A stretch of DNA of 64,000 nt from Setoptus koraiensis (lineage: Eukaryota > Animalia > Arthropoda): positions 12,214,001-12,278,000 of the forward strand of contig CM106585.1 of the NCBI GenBank assembly GCA_048013815.1, read 5' to 3'. Positions 60,499 to 64,000 of this stretch are shown in pieces (the first letter of the stretch is position 1; each line of letters starts with the position of its first letter). The notes under the pieces are model-generated. The model was given only the letters and a program-made list of their open reading frames with translations, did no database searches and was not told the origin of the DNA. The translations under genes and the position numbers were made by a program.

Positions 60499-62678
60499 CA
60501 ATTGGCGGCGAGCCAGCCGATCGACATGACGACATGATCGCATTAGCGAGACGATACACACACACACTCTTGCATAATCATATCATCGTAAGCGTGTCAC
60601 GGTGGCCGTCATCGCCGTCGCACAATTGCCGGCGTCGTGGTCTTGGCAACACTTCCTAGACAGACGAACTGCATGCACTTGCATCACTGGCAATTGTCAA
60701 AATTGTGTAGATAAAATTTGTCTGGATATGATTTGTTGGTTTGTTTGTTGGCCTGCTTGTTCGCTTATTTGCTCGCCCTATCGTCTGCCGCTTGTTTGTT
60801 TGTTTACCTGGTTTACCTGTGTGTGTGCGAGTCACAGTGTGACAGCCACACAGGTAAACCAGCCAAACTACAGTGTGTATATAGTGTGTGTATCCATGAC
60901 AACAATGCCAACAGAGCGGCAACAGTTTGCCGAGGGCCCAATCACAGGTAGGCGCACAGGTAAGGTTAAACGACCACTGACAGCGCAAGATTAAATGTCA
61001 ATTGTCGGCGCTGTCGCCCTACAAGCGTCATTCCTACGCTCAATTGCTGCTGCTGCCGCCATTTGAGCGCTCACAATTGTCGCACAATTGCGTCATCATG
61101 CAATTGCATGCGACAGGATGCCAATGGATGATGCAATTGCAACAGCGGTGTGCATCCAGCGACAACCAACAGCCGGCCTGACGAGAGCCGGCTCAATTGT
61201 GCAAAGCAAACACGAATCGAAATGTGGATCGAAACGCGAATCGAAATAGGAATCTAGATAGGAATTGACACAGGAATCGAAATAGGAATAGGAATTGACG
61301 CAGGCAATAGGTATCGAAATTTGAATTGCAACTCGCATCAATTGGATCATCAGCATTTGAATAGGGCGAGCGGCGCTTGTTGTGCGCTCGTCTGCGGCCC
61401 GCTCACCTGGTCGGCATGACAACGGTTGACAAATATGACAATCCGTCCGACTGTGACAGTCGATCGTCTACACACACACACATGATAATGATACACAAAT
61501 AACGGGCTCGGCTCAACAAAAAGCGATCGTTTACTTTCGCTTAAGCGGGGTCACCTTGCCGCTTTGTTGACAATTGTTGTCGTCGTCGCCGTCGTCGCCG
61601 TTGTCGCCGTTGTCGCTGTTGTCGCTGTTGTCGCTGTTGCCAATGTTGTTGCCGTTGTCGCTGTTGTCAATGTTGTCGCTGTTGCCGCCGTTGTCGCTGT
61701 CGGCGCCGTTGAGCTTGCTGCGGCTACCCCAGTTATTGAATGACAATGTGCAATGACAATCGCCGAAAACGAGCTCTGCGACATCTCAGCCAATTGCGAC
61801 ACACTCTCAACGGGTCACCTGGCGCCGATCAGCTGACTGCTGCCAATGCCGGCCGATCATGCAAACAATTGCCCATTTCCGGCTGATGGGCTCACGACAG
61901 CTCACAAGTTGTGAGTCACAACCCATGCACGCAGTTACCGTAGCCGGCTGGCTGGCTCGATGATGCAACTTGCATCATGCAAGTGAGTCGGCAAACAGCC
62001 AGCTATCGCACTGCTGACAGATGATCGCAGGGTCGCACAGCTGATTGCTGTCAGATGGTCGCACAGCTGACTGCTGTCAGATCACTGGCGACGATGGCAG
62101 CTAGTGATGCGGAACACAAATTTAATTTAAATCTAATCAGTTGTATCATCAGCTGACTCGAGAGCCAGCCAGCCAGCCCGTTTGTTGTTGTTGTTGTTGT
62201 TTGTGTTGTGTGTTCGTGACAAGATTAAATGGCGGCCACCATTAGCATTGGCCATATTACCATACTTGTGGACAGCGGCAAGCTCATGAGCGCTTATTGA
62301 ATCAAGTGTCGATCGATTACCTAATGTTTGGCCAATTGAGCAGGCACAATTATCGGCCGGCCGGCCGGCCGGCCAGCCTTCAGTTGGCACAACTGCTAAC
62401 TAACAGGGCTAATTACGGCCAGGTAACAGTGGCATGCGTAATATGACGTAATATGCTCCTAGTCGAGCTGCCCATCTGACCGAGTGCGCATGCAAACAGT
62501 AGGCAAATTGTCTATCTCTATCGATTGGATAATTTGTATTTTTTGTTGTTGTTGCTGTCGGATAATTTATATTTAAACTGCTACCGCTAAATATCTAAGC
62601 ATATCTAACATTGTAAGTAAATGGTGTGTGTGTGTCAGCGACACAACGAAACTCGCTCGCTAGCTCGCCCAGACTCAC

Positions 62679-63674
62679 CTTGAACAGCTGATCGCGCGAA
62701 TACCAAATTTCGTCCTGGGGCAATATATCGGCGCTGTTATTTTCCTGTTGTTGCAGTAGTTGTTGTTGTTGCTGTAGTTGCTGTTGCTGCTGTAGTTGCT
62801 GTTGCTGCTGTAGTTGCTGTTGTTGCTGCTGGTGCTGCTGGTGCAAATGAAAGTTTCTGGTCGACTGCTGAAACGACTGTCTCGACAAACTGTTGCTATT
62901 GGTCTGCTGGCCGGCGCTTGCCGCCATCGGCTGCCCGTCCAATCGATGGCCCATTATCACTTCCGGTCGCGAATCTGCACCTGCCGCCGCCGTCACTGGT
63001 GTTGGGGGTGGTGGTGCTGTTGTTGTTGTTGTTGTTGTTGTTGCTGTTGGCGAGGCGCTTCTGTGCGGGCCCGATGAGTGATTCGCTTGTTTGCGTTTGT
63101 GATGATGGTGGTGGTGGTGGTGGTGCGCCTGGTCATGATGATGATGATTGTTGTTGCTGGTTGCTTGGCTGGCTTTGATTCGGGTTGCTTGCTTGCCGTC
63201 GTGCTGACGATGATGATTGGACGCCAGTTCATTGATACTGAGGCCAGCGGATATTGTTGGCTCACTAGATCGCTTCATAACCATTGTGTCGCTGTTGCCC
63301 GCCGGCCCGTCTACAAAGTCGCCCGCACTAGAATCGTCGTCCTCAATTAGGCCCGTCAAATTGACATTGGACGAGTGGTGGTGCCGCTGCTGCTGTTGCT
63401 GCTGATGATGATTAAGATGATTAAGATGATTTAGATGATTAAGATGATGCGGTCTGAGCGGTGCGGCGGACATTAGCGATGACCGACGCGCCGTTGTTCT
63501 GTTGAACTCGGTCAATCTATTATTGGGCAATAATGTGGACGCCGATGATGGCGTGACTGGCAACACTGTCGCCTGACTGACATCGTCAACAAGCAAGTCA
63601 TCGGCGTAATTGGTGGCTGTTGAGCCGCTGAGTTGGTCGCCCGTCTGCGACAAGATCCTCTTCCTAGAGATCAT
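62679..63674 (-). CDS. exp: expansion/rebuf-family protein, coding exon 1
   Basis: Starts MISRKRILSQ and ends DEIWYSRDQLFK at a strong donor (AAG/GTGAGT). This matches the Exp/Reb N-terminus as recalled (MVSRRKILSRS...VWYQKDKLFK). A phase-0 join to DHLQEVYAKW at 30683 gives a protein of about 1588 aa. Confidence 0.85.
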
Positions 63675-64000
63675 GCTGATGATTAAATATTAAATGATTA
63701 ATTCGCTAATTAATTTATTCATTCATTGGTTGCTTGGATATATTAATTAATGCTGATTAATAATTAGCGCCAAATTGATGCACGCCAGACAAGAGACAAA
63801 ATGACAAATTGTGTGTTGTGTCGCGTCGCGTCGTGTCGTGTCGTGTCGTGTTAATTAGTTGATTGGCCTTCGCAACTAAATGTGTCTTGTGTGAAAAGTT
63901 CACTCGATAACCTGTTGTCGTGGCTGTCCGATAGCCGCTGTCGCAACGATTAATGGACGAACGGCGATGATCCTCGGTCTGTCAATGTCCAGCGACAACC

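Noticed and set aside
26221-62100. Short tandem arrays superficially like CRISPR
   Set aside because: Head-to-tail units without unique spacers, no cas genes, and a eukaryotic context.

Overview
Eukaryotic nuclear DNA from an arthropod. Short introns, intron-poor genes and N/Q/H/T homopolymer tracts suggest a compact-genome mite, but that is inference. The window has two domains. (1) About 1-19.4 kb is AT-rich and gene-dense: ELL, a non-catalytic membrane carboxylesterase, an acid-lipase-family gene, a Josephin DUB, OGFOD1, ILVBL plus a relic fragment of it, mir-184 and KLHDC10. (2) About 19.5-64 kb is GC-richer, gene-sparse and full of minisatellites. It holds an intronless clan-3 cytochrome P450 and an expansion/rebuf-family MH2 gene whose two coding exons are separated by a predicted 32-kb intron. 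That intron contains an antisense NDRG gene, an intact DD37E Tc1/mariner-superfamily transposon, a foldback element and a long hairpin. The most striking observation is that the 5' coding exon of NDRG only reads as NDRG if G residues are added at about 7 G-positions within 190 bp, while A/T/C runs there are intact. This could be G-insertion editing or slippage, a local assembly error, or decay. Also notable is a mir-184 precursor with a roughly 65-nt loop. All family assignments come from motif recognition, not database searches.
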